A stretch of 58,824 nt of DNA, from assembly GCA_017882165.1 (NCBI GenBank), contig JADGPZ010000004.1, positions 1 to 58,824 of the forward strand. The letters run 5' to 3'. Under the pieces are notes generated by a model. It did not search any database. It worked only from the letters and a program-made list of their open reading frames with translations, and was not told where the DNA came from. Of this stretch, positions 19,556 to 30,500 are shown piece after piece. The DNA comes from Candidatus Kapaibacterium sp. (GTDB taxonomy: Bacteria; Bacteroidota; Ignavibacteria; Palsa-1295). The translations under genes and the position numbers were made by a program. Within the stretch, counting starts at the first letter, position 1. Each line of letters opens with the position of its first letter.

Positions 19556-19592
19556 AACCACGATTACGCGGATGATGCGGATTCGCAGGATT
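19556..19592. repeat. left arm of a perfect 37-bp inverted repeat (GGATnnnGC nonamer family)
   Basis: AACCACGATTACGCGGATGATGCGGATTCGCAGGATT. Its exact reverse complement is at 20139-20175. Confidence 0.95.
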
Positions 19593-19635
19593 TAACTTTT
19601 TATTGTTCGAGCATTACATGCAGGCTTAAAGAGAC

Positions 19636-20067
19636 ATGGATTTGACGGGATCCAAGAATCACATTCCTAACCTGGAAGATAGCGAACTGACCCACAGGAT
19701 TATTGGGTGTGCGATGCGGGTGCATACTAAGCTTGGGTGCGGTTTTCCGGAAGTGATCTACCAGAATTCGTTAGGAATCGAACTGAGAAAGGCCGGAATC
19801 GTCTTCGACCGAGAGTTCTCGATGCCGATCTACTACGACACCGAACTTGTCGGAACGCGCCGAGTCGATTTTCTTGTCGAGCAAAGGATAACTGTTGAAC
19901 TCAAGGCTCTGGCTGCGTTAGAGGATGTCCATCTTGCTCAAGCTAAGAATTACTTAGAGGCCTACAACCTTCGTGTCGGGCTTCTAATTAACTTTGGATC
20001 GAAGAGCTTAGAATTCAAGCGTTTGATAAATACCAAAGCACCCTCCCAAAAACATTTTGGAAGCTAA
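19636..20067 (+). CDS. GxxExxY protein (PD-(D/E)XK-like family)
   Basis: GCGFPEVIYQNSL (GxxExxY), then RVDFLVEQRITVELKA (D...E-x-K-like core) and HLAQAKNYL...LLINFG, typical of this small family. Confidence 0.85.
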   Translation: MDLTGSKNHIPNLEDSELTHRIIGCAMRVHTKLGCGFPEVIYQNSLGIELRKAGIVFDREFSMPIYYDTELVGTRRVDFLVEQRITVELKALAALEDVHLAQAKNYLEAYNLRVGLLINFGSKSLEFKRLINTKAPSQKHFGS

Positions 20068-20138
20068 GCCCAAGCCTGCGCTCTCCCGAAATGTCTACCG
20101 TTCTAGGTGCGAACCTCACGCAGAGCCCTTGAAAGTTT

Positions 20139-20175
20139 TAATCCTGCGAATCCGCATCATCCGCGTAATCGTGGT
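20139..20175. repeat. right arm of the perfect 37-bp inverted repeat
   Basis: AATCCTGCGAATCCGCATCATCCGCGTAATCGTGGTT, abutting the PBP1A stop codon (20176-20178). Confidence 0.95.
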
Positions 20176-22290
20176 TTAGTATTCGACCGGCTTCCGCATG
20201 GAATCAATATTCGTGATCTGCACTCGCCCGAGCGAGTCGCGCTTCGTGGTATCCACAGGCGCGACAGGCGCGCCGGGATAGCGGGTGTTGAAGTATTCGA
20301 TGCGGGGACGCAACGCATCGTAGGCATACTTCATAAACTTCCCCCAGATGGGTGCGGCGGCACGGCCCCCCTGTCCGTTCGAACTGTTGAACGTGATGCG
20401 CTTATCGTCGAAGCCAACCCAAACGCCAGCGGTGTATTGCGGTGTGTAGCCCATGAACCAGGCGTCGGCATAATTCTGCGTCGTGCCGGTTTTGCCAGCG
20501 GCAGGATAGCGGAAGTAGTTGAGCACGCGCGTCGCCGTGCCGCGCAGAATGACGCCCTGGAGCGCGGATGTGAGTTCACGGCAAATGCGTGGATCGAGCA
20601 CGCTTTCAAAGGTCGGTTTGCGCTCAAACAGGACTTTGCCACTTTTGTCCTCAACGCGGATGATCGAGTACGGCGCGGCCCGAACGCCTTCATTCGCGAA
20701 GACGGAGTAGGCGCTTGTTAGGTCGAGCGGACTCACTTCCGCTGTGCCCAGTGCGATTGAGGGATAGGGCGGAACATTCGACCGGATGCCAAGTCGCTTC
20801 GCCAGACTGACGACATCGGCTGCTGATGTCAACTCCTGAATGGCATGGACGGCTGAAAGATTGAGCGATTGCTCGATCGCATGCCGAATGCTGACAGTAC
20901 CGCCTTCGTACTCGCCGGCAAAATTATGCGGCGACCAGTTTTGACCGCCGCTCCGGATGGTGATCGGTTCGTTCGAAACACTTGACTCCGGAGTCGATCC
21001 GTGTTCGAACGCGGAAGCGTAGACGATCGGCTTGAACGAGCTTCCCGGCTGCCGCTGTATTTGCGTCGCGTGGTTCAAGCCGTAGCGAACCTCCTTATAG
21101 TTCGAGCTGCCGACCATCGCGACGATCTGTCCGGTCGATTGATCGATGGCGACAAGTCCCGCCTGCAACACAAGCTCTTCGTCTTTCACGCTATCGACAA
21201 AGTCCTTGTTTGCTTTGAGTGCCGCCGCAACCTTCGCGCGATCGGCATCCGACGATACTGCACGATACTCCGAGTTATTGCGAATTGCCTTTGCGAGGGC
21301 AGAGTCGAGCACGGCTTTGTGTTTCGCCCAATTCCAACCTTTGTTGACAACGTTCTTCTGATAGTCGCCGATGTGTTCGAGCACGGCGCGATTCGCTGCG
21401 CGCTGCATAGCAGCGTTGAGCGTGGTATAGACGATAAGCCCGTCGCGATAAATATCGTAGCCCGCCAATTCCGGCATCTTCTGCAATTGTTGCCGCACCA
21501 TCTCGGCAAAGTGCGGCGCGATGCCCTGGTAACCAACGTAGGGTTTGACTTTGAGCGTTTCCTTCTTGAGCCGCTCCGCATCCTGGCGGCGTGTGTAGCC
21601 CGCGTTCACTGTGTTTTCGATCACCGTGTTGCGCCGAGCGATGGCGAAGTCATAGTCGTCTTCGGGGTCGTAGTTCTCCGGGCCTTTGAGGATACCGACA
21701 AGATACGCGGACTGGGCGGGCGTGAGGCGGTTCACATCGCGGCCAAAGTAGGCCTGGCTTGCGGCCTCGATCCCATACGTGCCGCGACCGAAGTAGGTCA
21801 CGTTGAGATACATCTCGAGTATCTCATTCTTGGTGTGGTTGCGCTCGATCTCAACCGCCGTAATCGCCTCGCGAAGTTTGCGCAGGACTGATTTTTCCTG
21901 CGTCAGATAGAGATTCCGCGCAAGCTGCTGCGTGATCGTGCTCGCGCCCTGCTTTGCGTGTAGCGAAAGAATGTCGGTCCCGATCGCGCGGACGTTACCC
22001 CAGAGATCAATACCCCAGTGATGGAAGAAGTCGCGGTCTTCGGTCGCAAGCAGCGCCTTGATGAGGAACGGCGGGACGTTCCGGAGATGGATGTTCGTCC
22101 GGTTCTTGACGAAGTATTGATCGATCGGCTCGCCATCGGTCGAAATGATGCGGGTCGCGATCTCCGGGTGCGGACTCTCAAGCTGCGCCAAGCTCGGCAG
22201 CCCACGCTGGACATCCCACCAGAGGATTGCTAGAATTAGCAGACCGCCTCCGGCCAGGATCAGGGTTCGCGTTCGTTTGGTCAGCTTCAC
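20176..22290 (-). CDS. mrcA: penicillin-binding protein 1A (bifunctional transglycosylase/transpeptidase)
   Basis: GT51 motifs EDRDFFHHWGID and RKLRE; transpeptidase SSFKP, SNE and KTGTT. Confidence 0.95.
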   Translation of the reverse strand: MKLTKRTRTLILAGGGLLILAILWWDVQRGLPSLAQLESPHPEIATRIISTDGEPIDQYFVKNRTNIHLRNVPPFLIKALLATEDRDFFHHWGIDLWGNVRAIGTDILSLHAKQGASTITQQLARNLYLTQEKSVLRKLREAITAVEIERNHTKNEILEMYLNVTYFGRGTYGIEAASQAYFGRDVNRLTPAQSAYLVGILKGPENYDPEDDYDFAIARRNTVIENTVNAGYTRRQDAERLKKETLKVKPYVGYQGIAPHFAEMVRQQLQKMPELAGYDIYRDGLIVYTTLNAAMQRAANRAVLEHIGDYQKNVVNKGWNWAKHKAVLDSALAKAIRNNSEYRAVSSDADRAKVAAALKANKDFVDSVKDEELVLQAGLVAIDQSTGQIVAMVGSSNYKEVRYGLNHATQIQRQPGSSFKPIVYASAFEHGSTPESSVSNEPITIRSGGQNWSPHNFAGEYEGGTVSIRHAIEQSLNLSAVHAIQELTSAADVVSLAKRLGIRSNVPPYPSIALGTAEVSPLDLTSAYSVFANEGVRAAPYSIIRVEDKSGKVLFERKPTFESVLDPRICRELTSALQGVILRGTATRVLNYFRYPAAGKTGTTQNYADAWFMGYTPQYTAGVWVGFDDKRITFNSSNGQGGRAAAPIWGKFMKYAYDALRPRIEYFNTRYPGAPVAPVDTTKRDSLGRVQITNIDSMRKPVEY

Positions 22291-22382
22291 ACAGAATAAA
22301 ACGATTGAACGCCTATTAGGTTGCGCTGTAACTTTGAAAGAAGAAATGTGTTACTATTCCTGCCTCAATATTCGTAATTCCA

Positions 22383-24800
22383 ATGAATACTTCACGGTTT
22401 CGGTTGCGAGGTTTTTCCCCTCGCTCGGTATGGATCGCACTGCTGCTGGCAGCGGGTGTTTCTGCTATTACAAACGCCCAGGGGATCAACTCATCGGGCA
22501 CTGATTTCTGGGCCGGCTTTTTCCCGAACGAGCAGTTGCAGGGGGATACTCAACTGACGGAGCTCTTTCTGGCGAGCACGGCCGCAGATACGGCACTTGT
22601 CACGTTCGATGGGCAGACGACGGCTTGGCCCCTGGCGGCGAACTCGGTCCAAACCGTCAATCTTTTCAGCCGAGGGGTCACCGAGATCCCGGAGACCCCC
22701 ATCGATCGATCGGTCCATATCCAAACCCACGCGCCCATCACCGTCTACGGCTTCTACGATACGTATGGCTTCGGTAGTGGGGGTTCACCCGATGGATTCC
22801 TCGGCCTGCCGAACACTTCGCTCGGGCAAGAATACTACACCGTAAACTACACGGAGTTCAATAATTTTGCCGGTACGGAAACCGCGGAGTTTCTGGTGAT
22901 CGCGCCATACGACAGCACGCTTGTGACGATCACAACGACAGCGCACACCCAAAGCCCGACGCGGCCGATTTCGCACTCGCCTGGCGATACATGGAGCGTG
23001 ATGCTGATGAAGGGCCAATCGTACCTCGTCCAGTCATCCGGACAATTCTCGGGGATCGATGATCTCACCGGTTCGCATGTCGTCAGCTCGAAGCCGGTGG
23101 GACTGCTGACTGGACATCAGATGGCCGACATTCCTCTCTCGATGGGATCGGCAGATTACCTGATCGAGATGGAGCCGCCCGCCGACCGGTGGGGAACGGA
23201 GTATTTCGAAATGCCGATGGCCGGCCGCACGATTTGCGGCGATTATATCCGCATCCTCTCGGCCGAAGACAGTAATGCGATTACCGCGAATGGCGTACCC
23301 ATCGCCAAACTGAATGCCGGCCAATGGATGGAAATCGACACCGTTACGACCCCACAATTCTATCGCTCATCGAACGGCAAGCGATTTATCGTCGCGCAGT
23401 ATTCCTACTCCGCTCATTATCTTAACGATCCCGTGCCCGCCGATCCGTTTCTTATTCTGCTGACAGGAGAAGAAGAATTCGAACGTCGCATTCTCTTCCG
23501 CACGCCCGATCCGGCACAAGGAGCGTCGTACGCGAACTACGTCACTATCCTTGCGCCGCAGAATTCGATGGGCCTGATCACGATCAACGGGACTGCGGCC
23601 ACGTCGTATCCATCGGCGGGTCAATCGGTCTTTCCGGGCACAACCATCGCCGCGCTCCGCATTTTGCTTCCGAACGGATCCAACTCGTATCTTGCCACCT
23701 CGCCGGTCCCATTTGGCATGTATCAGTATGGGATCAGCGACTATGAGGGCTATGGCTGGCCCGCGGGACTCGCACTCAACCTCCACTCGCTGGATTCGCT
23801 GCCGCCCTCACAGTTGTTCTCGAAAACATGTTGCAATTACAACGTCACGATTTTTGGAACGCGCGCGCCTCATGATTCCACATACGTCGACCGAATCGCG
23901 GATGTCACGATGATCACACAAGCTGGAGATCCGCGGTGGTCCAAACCAAGTTCTAACTACACGTTTACGCTCGATCCCACGTTTCAGCCTGGAGATTCGA
24001 CCGCACATTTCTCGCTCGCCATTAAAGATCCGAACAAGTCGGCTTATGCCGCCGTCTATACGATCGATTTTAGTGGCAACGATACCGTCTACCAATATTC
24101 CTCTTCTCCACAAGACGGGCACTCCTACCAGCACCTTGCGATCCGAAGCGGCCTCGCCGGTCAGCAAGTCACGATGCCGATGGCGGAAGATATTGGCGAC
24201 ACAGCATTTCTGCTGACATCCTGGAAGAATCTCACCAGCCTTACAGCAACAATATCCTTCGACTCCTCGAAGCTTGCGTTTCAATCGATCAACCCGCCAG
24301 CCGGCTGGACGATGGGCACGACCACCAATCATGGAAACAGCGTGACCTTCGTACTGAATAATGCCGCATCCTCACCGGCTCGCCCCCTTGATATGGGTTC
24401 AGCCGTCTTTCAGGTGAAGGATGTGCCCTCAGGCATGACGCTAATCGTGTTGAATGATCTCCAATTTTACGTCGGGTCGTCGGTGGACGCACTGTGTCTG
24501 GGTTCTTCCGAGGATGAGATGTGGGGCATCGAAATTGTGAGATCCGCCAGCGGAGTTGGATCTGCTGTGGCTCCGGGACGGGTAGCTGTGCGTCCAAATC
24601 CGTTCGAAGATCATCTCATTGTGGATGATCCGGGCAACACGATCACGGCGGTCGAGATATTCGATGCGCTGGGACGAGAGATGATATCAGGTACCAATCT
24701 CAGCGATGTGCATACCTCAGCGCTGCTTCCGGGTACTTATGTGGTTGTATGCCACACGCGCACCGACCTTCAGACGTTTCACGTCTCGAAACCGCGTTAA
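22383..24800 (+). CDS. secreted protein with IgGFc-binding-protein-like N-terminal domain and T9SS C-terminal sorting domain
   Basis: Signal peptide. GTDFWAGFFPN motif typical of the IgGFc_binding N-domain. C-terminus RPNPFEDHLIV...LLPGTYVVV. Confidence 0.8.
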   Translation: MNTSRFRLRGFSPRSVWIALLLAAGVSAITNAQGINSSGTDFWAGFFPNEQLQGDTQLTELFLASTAADTALVTFDGQTTAWPLAANSVQTVNLFSRGVTEIPETPIDRSVHIQTHAPITVYGFYDTYGFGSGGSPDGFLGLPNTSLGQEYYTVNYTEFNNFAGTETAEFLVIAPYDSTLVTITTTAHTQSPTRPISHSPGDTWSVMLMKGQSYLVQSSGQFSGIDDLTGSHVVSSKPVGLLTGHQMADIPLSMGSADYLIEMEPPADRWGTEYFEMPMAGRTICGDYIRILSAEDSNAITANGVPIAKLNAGQWMEIDTVTTPQFYRSSNGKRFIVAQYSYSAHYLNDPVPADPFLILLTGEEEFERRILFRTPDPAQGASYANYVTILAPQNSMGLITINGTAATSYPSAGQSVFPGTTIAALRILLPNGSNSYLATSPVPFGMYQYGISDYEGYGWPAGLALNLHSLDSLPPSQLFSKTCCNYNVTIFGTRAPHDSTYVDRIADVTMITQAGDPRWSKPSSNYTFTLDPTFQPGDSTAHFSLAIKDPNKSAYAAVYTIDFSGNDTVYQYSSSPQDGHSYQHLAIRSGLAGQQVTMPMAEDIGDTAFLLTSWKNLTSLTATISFDSSKLAFQSINPPAGWTMGTTTNHGNSVTFVLNNAASSPARPLDMGSAVFQVKDVPSGMTLIVLNDLQFYVGSSVDALCLGSSEDEMWGIEIVRSASGVGSAVAPGRVAVRPNPFEDHLIVDDPGNTITAVEIFDALGREMISGTNLSDVHTSALLPGTYVVVCHTRTDLQTFHVSKPR

Positions 24801-24816
24801 GCCACGAATCGACTAA

Positions 24817-24857
24817 ATGGACAGACTGTCAAAGTCCATTTAGTCCATCTTGTCCAT
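24817..24857. repeat. nonamer hairpin array, ATGGAC/GTCCAT family (second locus)
   Basis: ATGGAC at 24817; GTCCAT at 24834, 24843 and 24852 (9-nt phasing). Overlaps the last codons of glyQS (…LMDKMD*). Confidence 0.85.
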
Positions 24858-26327
24858 CAAATATTGCCGGACGCCGGCAATCGCAATCCGAATCTGTTTC
24901 ATCGAATCGCGCTCGCGGATGGTCACGGTCTGATCGACCAGCGTGTCAGAGTCAATCGTAACGGCGAATGGTGTGCCGATCTCATCCATGCGGCGATAGC
25001 GACGGCCAACGGCGCCGGAATCGTCGTAGAAGGACTTCATCGACCTGCGGAGGTCCTTCTCTAAGCTCTGCGCGATCTCCGGCATCCCATCTTTGTTCAC
25101 CAGCGGCAGCACGGCGACTTTAATCGGCGCGATGGAGGGACTCAGACGCATCACAACTCGCTGCTCGCCTTCGACCTGCTCCTCCTCATACGCATTGCAG
25201 AGCAGCGCCATGAAGCCGCGCGTGGCGCCGGCAGCAGTCTCGACGACATAGGGCGTATACTTCTCCTTCGTCTGCTCGTCATGGACTTGCAGGCTCTTGC
25301 CGGAGAACTCGGTGTGGCGCGTGAGATCGAAATCGGTGCGGTTGTGGATGCCTTCGATCTCGCCAAAGCCGAACGGGAAAAGAAACTCGATGTCGCCAGC
25401 GGCCTTCGCGTAGTGCGCAAGCTTCTCGTGCGGCTTGAAGCGCATTTTGCTCTCTGGCATTCCGAGCGATTGCCACCAATTCCAGCGCGTCTCGCGCCAC
25501 TCCTCGAAGAACTGCTCGTCGGTGCCGGCTTTGCAGAAGAACTGCATCTCCATCTGCTCGAACTCACGGGTGCGGAAAAGGAAGTTCTTCGTGTTGATCT
25601 CGTTGCGGAAGGACTTCCCGATCTGGCAAATCCCGAACGGCACCTTCTGCCGCGAGGACTGCATCACGTTCAGGAAATTGACGAAGATGCCCTGCGCCGT
25701 CTCGGGACGAAGATAGACCGCATTCGAGTCATCCTTCACGGGACCGATATGCGTCTCGAACATGAGATTGAAATTGCGAGGCGGCGTCAGCGTCTTGACA
25801 CGTCCGCAATTCGGACACCCGATCAACTCCTTCTCGACAAGTTCTGAAAACAGCGTGTCGCTCTTTTCGATCATGCTGAGTAGGATTTCCGCAAGCTGCT
25901 CCTTCGTCACCTCTTGCGACTGCATGTTAAGCGTCTTGGCGAGCGCGCCTTCGAGCGTCGTCGCTTTGGAGATCGCGCGCAGCTTCTTTTCCGACATCTC
26001 GCCGAACAAATGATCGACGCGGTAGCGCATTTTGCACTCGCGGCAATCGACCATCGGGTCCGAGAAATTCTGCACGTGGCCGGAGGCCTCCCACACACGC
26101 GGGTGCATCAGGATCGAGGCGTCAATGCCTTCGATGCCGCCGCGGCCGGTCATCGCGCGCCACCAGGCGTCCTTGATGTTGCGCAGCATTTCGACGCCGA
26201 GCGGACCGAAATCCCAGCAGCCGTTCAGACCGCCATAAATTTCGGACGATTGAAAAATAAACCCGCGACGCTTCGAGAGCGAGACGATCTTTTCGAGTAA
26301 TGCCTGTGACGACGGTACCTGAGCCAC
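24840..26327 (-). CDS. glyQS: glycine--tRNA ligase (class II, dimeric type)
   Basis: [33 protein letters not shown], class II motifs, and an anticodon-binding C-domain. Confidence 0.97.
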   Translation of the reverse strand: MAQVPSSQALLEKIVSLSKRRGFIFQSSEIYGGLNGCWDFGPLGVEMLRNIKDAWWRAMTGRGGIEGIDASILMHPRVWEASGHVQNFSDPMVDCRECKMRYRVDHLFGEMSEKKLRAISKATTLEGALAKTLNMQSQEVTKEQLAEILLSMIEKSDTLFSELVEKELIGCPNCGRVKTLTPPRNFNLMFETHIGPVKDDSNAVYLRPETAQGIFVNFLNVMQSSRQKVPFGICQIGKSFRNEINTKNFLFRTREFEQMEMQFFCKAGTDEQFFEEWRETRWNWWQSLGMPESKMRFKPHEKLAHYAKAAGDIEFLFPFGFGEIEGIHNRTDFDLTRHTEFSGKSLQVHDEQTKEKYTPYVVETAAGATRGFMALLCNAYEEEQVEGEQRVVMRLSPSIAPIKVAVLPLVNKDGMPEIAQSLEKDLRRSMKSFYDDSGAVGRRYRRMDEIGTPFAVTIDSDTLVDQTVTIRERDSMKQIRIAIAGVRQYLMDKMD

Positions 26328-26408
26328 GATGAATATCTAATTTGGAATAGAACAGAATTACGCCGGGGAGTAACGAATCGCGGCGCGGGGACGTGCCACA
26401 CTTTCGCT

Positions 26409-26490
26409 GTAGGGACGTGCTGCGCACGTCCTCTTTCGGAATATGAAAGACATTGCCAATTGGCAAAGGACGTGCGCAGCACCTCCCTAC
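26409..26490. repeat. inverted pair of 24-nt GGGACGTGC-family hairpins flanking a 14-nt perfect palindrome
   Basis: GTAGGGACGTGCTGCGCACGTCCT (26409-26432) and its reverse complement with 1 mismatch (26467-26490). TTGCCAATTGGCAA at 26453-26466. Confidence 0.9.
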
Positions 26491-26564
26491 GATTGCCTGT
26501 AACTTTTTCCCGGTTGCCGGGTTCTTAGCTCTGTGGCACATGCCACCATTCTAAACTCAAGGCT

Positions 26565-27452
26565 ATGAGCCGAACCGGTCGTTTTCGCGTGCCTTGCTTC
26601 CTCCTCTTTGGAGGCCTCTTATTATTGGCTCCCACGCTCCGCGCGCAAACGGACCCGATGGCGAAGTGGAAGCCGAATGTGGGGAACAAATTCATCTGCG
26701 CCATATCGCATTCTAGCTCTTGCGGAGACTATCAGTGTGCAGGTATAGATACTGTCTCATTTCAAATCATTGACACCTCCTACAATTCTGATAATCAGCA
26801 CCAGGATGCTGTGTTCGCTGCAACTACCGTTTTGGCTCCGCACTATACCTTCTATTCGTGGGGCAGTGGATGGGGTTCCACTCCAGTGGTCCATCCCTAC
26901 AGCGATACAACTTTGATGGCATTGACGCAGCCGCACTTGCTCGAGACTTCATTTCAAGGATACACCGACGGTTATCATAATTGGTCAAGAATCCTATTCG
27001 ATCGAGATTCATCTCTAATGTTTGACGGACAAAGTTATACTGCCGCGTATGAATCGGCGTCTGGCACGCTGTTTTTGCCGACGATAGGATGGTTCTTTTC
27101 TCTTTCTGGGTATGGAGGAGTTTGTACAGGCTATTGCACGCATGAAACCTGGACGTTGTCTCTGATTGCGGCAAGTAAAACGAACTCAAGCGTTCAAGCG
27201 GACCCGCAAGCAAATTCTTACTTAATGTCTGGCGGTGGCTTGCTGCGACTTGTGAACGTTGAAGCCAACAACATAACCTTATCCGACTTACTTGCCCGCC
27301 CCATCCGCTCTTGGCAGATGCCAATCGATCCTGGCCCGCGCCAGATCACCCTCAACGTCGCGGATGTGCCGAGCGGAGTCTATTTCCTGAAGCTCACCGC
27401 GCCGGGCGTGGAGGAGGTGCGGAAGGTGTGCATCGAACCTGGATTACGCTGA
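26565..27452 (+). CDS. secreted hypothetical protein with probable T9SS C-terminal sorting domain
   Basis: Signal peptide (…LLLLAPTLRAQ). C-terminus ITLNVADVPSGVYFLKLTAPGVEEVRKV is CTD-like. Confidence 0.6.
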   Translation: MSRTGRFRVPCFLLFGGLLLLAPTLRAQTDPMAKWKPNVGNKFICAISHSSSCGDYQCAGIDTVSFQIIDTSYNSDNQHQDAVFAATTVLAPHYTFYSWGSGWGSTPVVHPYSDTTLMALTQPHLLETSFQGYTDGYHNWSRILFDRDSSLMFDGQSYTAAYESASGTLFLPTIGWFFSLSGYGGVCTGYCTHETWTLSLIAASKTNSSVQADPQANSYLMSGGGLLRLVNVEANNITLSDLLARPIRSWQMPIDPGPRQITLNVADVPSGVYFLKLTAPGVEEVRKVCIEPGLR

Positions 27453-27539
27453 TGGGCGTTCAAATTGCTTTGAAGCACATCTTTGTCAATCGAACAATCC
27501 AATCAGTAGAATCAGAAAATAATCAGCGTAATCCAGGTT

Positions 27540-30500
27540 TTAATTAGAATACAGCACCATCTTGCCGATGAAGGTGCCGGAGTGCTGCGTCTCGATCGTG
27601 TAGAAATACGCGCCGCTGGGAGCGATGGCTCCGTCGCTTGCGTGTCCATCCCAGAATGCCGAGTTCGTGCCGGCCGGCTGCGCGAGATTATTCACCGGGG
27701 TGCCATTGGGATCGACCGCATTGGCAACGAACTTTCCGAGTGAGTTGTAAATCTTGATTGAGATGGCATCGCCATCGGTCGTCTCGTCGTAGGGGAGTTC
27801 GTAGTCGATCCGTGTGGCGAGTGCGGGCTGCACGACCGGCGTGTTGTCTGGTCCGAAGGGTTGGAAGGCGCTCGCGATCGTCGAAGTCGGCGTGCCGATC
27901 ATCAGCGGGTTCGGATAGCTCTGATAGACGACCATCTGATTTCCGCCCCAATGCACTTCGACGTTGTTCGAAAAATGGATCGAACCATCGAGATCGACTT
28001 GCTTGAGCTGGTAGAGATACGTCCCTGCCGCCCGGAGCGTATCGAGGAAGTTGTAGTCTAATCGTGTATTCGACGTGCCGCCACCTGATTTGGACTGGAT
28101 GATCGCAGGATTGATGTCCTCGAATGCTGCGCCACCGTACGATCGCTGGACGAAAAATCCAGCATCGCCGCGCTCGCTATCGGTGTGCCACGAAAGCAGC
28201 GTGCCGGACTGCGTCTTGCGGTATGCAAGCGATGAAAGCTCGACCGGCAGTGTGTTTGTCTGCCCTTCCCAGATCCCACGTCCAAAACTCGCGACACGGA
28301 TCGTGATCTTGTTCGCCTGCACTTGCACATCATAGCATGGCACGAGGCCCATTCCTGAGCCAGCCACCGACCAGGTAAGGCCCGAGTCGATCGTGTAATA
28401 AATGCCATTATCCGTTGCTGCATACCAGATGCGCAGCGGATCGACCGAGTCCACCGCGACGCAGTTCACGCCGACGGCGGGCAGCAAATGGCCAGTCGAG
28501 CCATTCCTGCTGGCCCAATGCGCGCCCATGTCCGTCGTGCGCATGACGTGGTTCGTGCCACTTGTTCCAAAGCTCGCGAGCGCAAATTGATCGTCGTGTC
28601 CGGTCGTCACGATCGACGTGACCCAGGCGGAGGAACCTGTGTGCTTTGCAGTCCATGACGCCCCGGCATCTTGTGAAGAATAGATCGAGTCCCAGGTCCC
28701 CACATAGATATTGTTGGAGCTGGTGGCCGACAGCCCGACCGCATGGATGAGATCCCGAAATGCAGCGCTCGATGTCATCGACCACGTCGATCCATCGTTC
28801 ACAGAGCGCCACAAATGCTGACGGCCAGCGTAGAAGACGTGATAGGCCGCAATATTTCCGAACGGCGCGATGGACTGCTTAAACGGCGTATCCCAGTAGG
28901 CGTTGTCCGTGGACTCCGTGTCAATCTGTGACCAGACATGGGTACTATTATTGTACCGGTAGAGATCGCCATTCGGAAGTTCGCCATAATAGGGATACGT
29001 GGTGTTCAAGGAATTCGAGATCGGTTGCAAGCCGTCGCCACCGAGTTCGAGTACAGGGGTTGTCGAGCCTTGGATCTTCCACGTTCCCTGGTCCTGCGCG
29101 CCGCCCATCGTGATGACGTAGTTCGCGACCTGCCGGTCAAGACCGATGTGGTAGAAGCGGCCCGTCTGCATCTGGTTGGAGCGGTACGACCACTCGCCCG
29201 GCAGCCCGGCAGTGTTCGTCCAATACAGGCCGCCATCGCAGCCATCGAACACAATGGAGGGGTCCTGCGGATTGAATGCGATGGAGTGATGATCGACATG
29301 GGAATAAGCCCAACTCCAACTGTTATCGCTGTAGTCCTGCCAGCCGTTGCCATCGTTGCAATTGACCCAGGCCTCGACACCACCAACATAAATCGTATCC
29401 GAGCCGGTCGTGCCATTCGAGAACGGCGTCACACCGAGCATGAGGTCGTACCACCCTTGCGCGGGCTGAATCGGGCCACCCGAACCACCATGGAAAACTG
29501 TAGTTGGAATGACAATCGAACCCCATGTTAGGCCGTTGTCTGTCGTTCGGAAGAGGTCGCGAGAGCCACCGGCGATGATGTCGCCGCCCGTGTTTGTGAT
29601 CAAAACAAATAGGCGCTTTGGATCGCTGATCGACGCAGCCAGCCCACACCTGCCGATCGTATCACCACGCGGAAACTGTGTCGTATACTTCGCCCATGTT
29701 GCGCCATCATCCACCGATTTATAGACGCCGCACTCCTGCGATGTGGCAAGGGGGATATGATTGCCTTCCGCGAAATACAGGTACGGAATGCCGCCGACAA
29801 CGGTCGCAAGCACATCCCAAACGACTCCCGCAGAATAGCCTGAGGTCGGAAAGACTTTCGTCCAGGTCGTGCCAGAATCGGTCGAGCGGTAGAGACCGCG
29901 GGCACCGCTGTACTGGGCTGCGAAAACGACATTGCTTTTGATCGGATCGACCAGCACCTTCACAACAGTCCCGGTCAGCGATGCCGCGCCGATACGCTTC
30001 CACGTGCCGCCGCCATCCACTGATTTGTACAGGCCGGTGCCCGTCAGTTCATCGATGCTGGCGTAACCGTTGCCGGTGCCGACATAGAGTGTATTCGGAT
30101 GCTTCGGATCGATCGCGATCGAAGAGACCGAGAGATTCGGAATGGCATTGTCGGTTAGCGGGACCCAATGCGCGCCCGCATCCGTGGATTTCCATACGCC
30201 GCCACTCGTCCCACCGGCATACATGATGTTCGGAGTGGTAGGATTGATCGCGATCGCGCTGATGCAGCCCGCCGAGAACACGTAGTTGTTCGGCGAGCCG
30301 ATCAGGCCAATGTTTGTCCACGCATTCGCAAGCGGCTTCATCGGCGCACCACCGTTCTGACCGCTCGCTTTTTCCGCAACGCTCGACTGTTCCAAATCCC
30401 GCTGCGATTGCTGGAATGCCTGATAGCGCTCCTCGCGATCGAACGTGCCATCGAGACCAGCTCGTCTCGTCATCTCATACAGCGCGCGGGCGAACGGCGC

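Noticed and set aside
20107-20721. 204-aa plus-strand ORF starting in the right inverted repeat
   Set aside because: It runs antisense through the PBP1A C-terminal domain and has no motifs. It is a shadow ORF.
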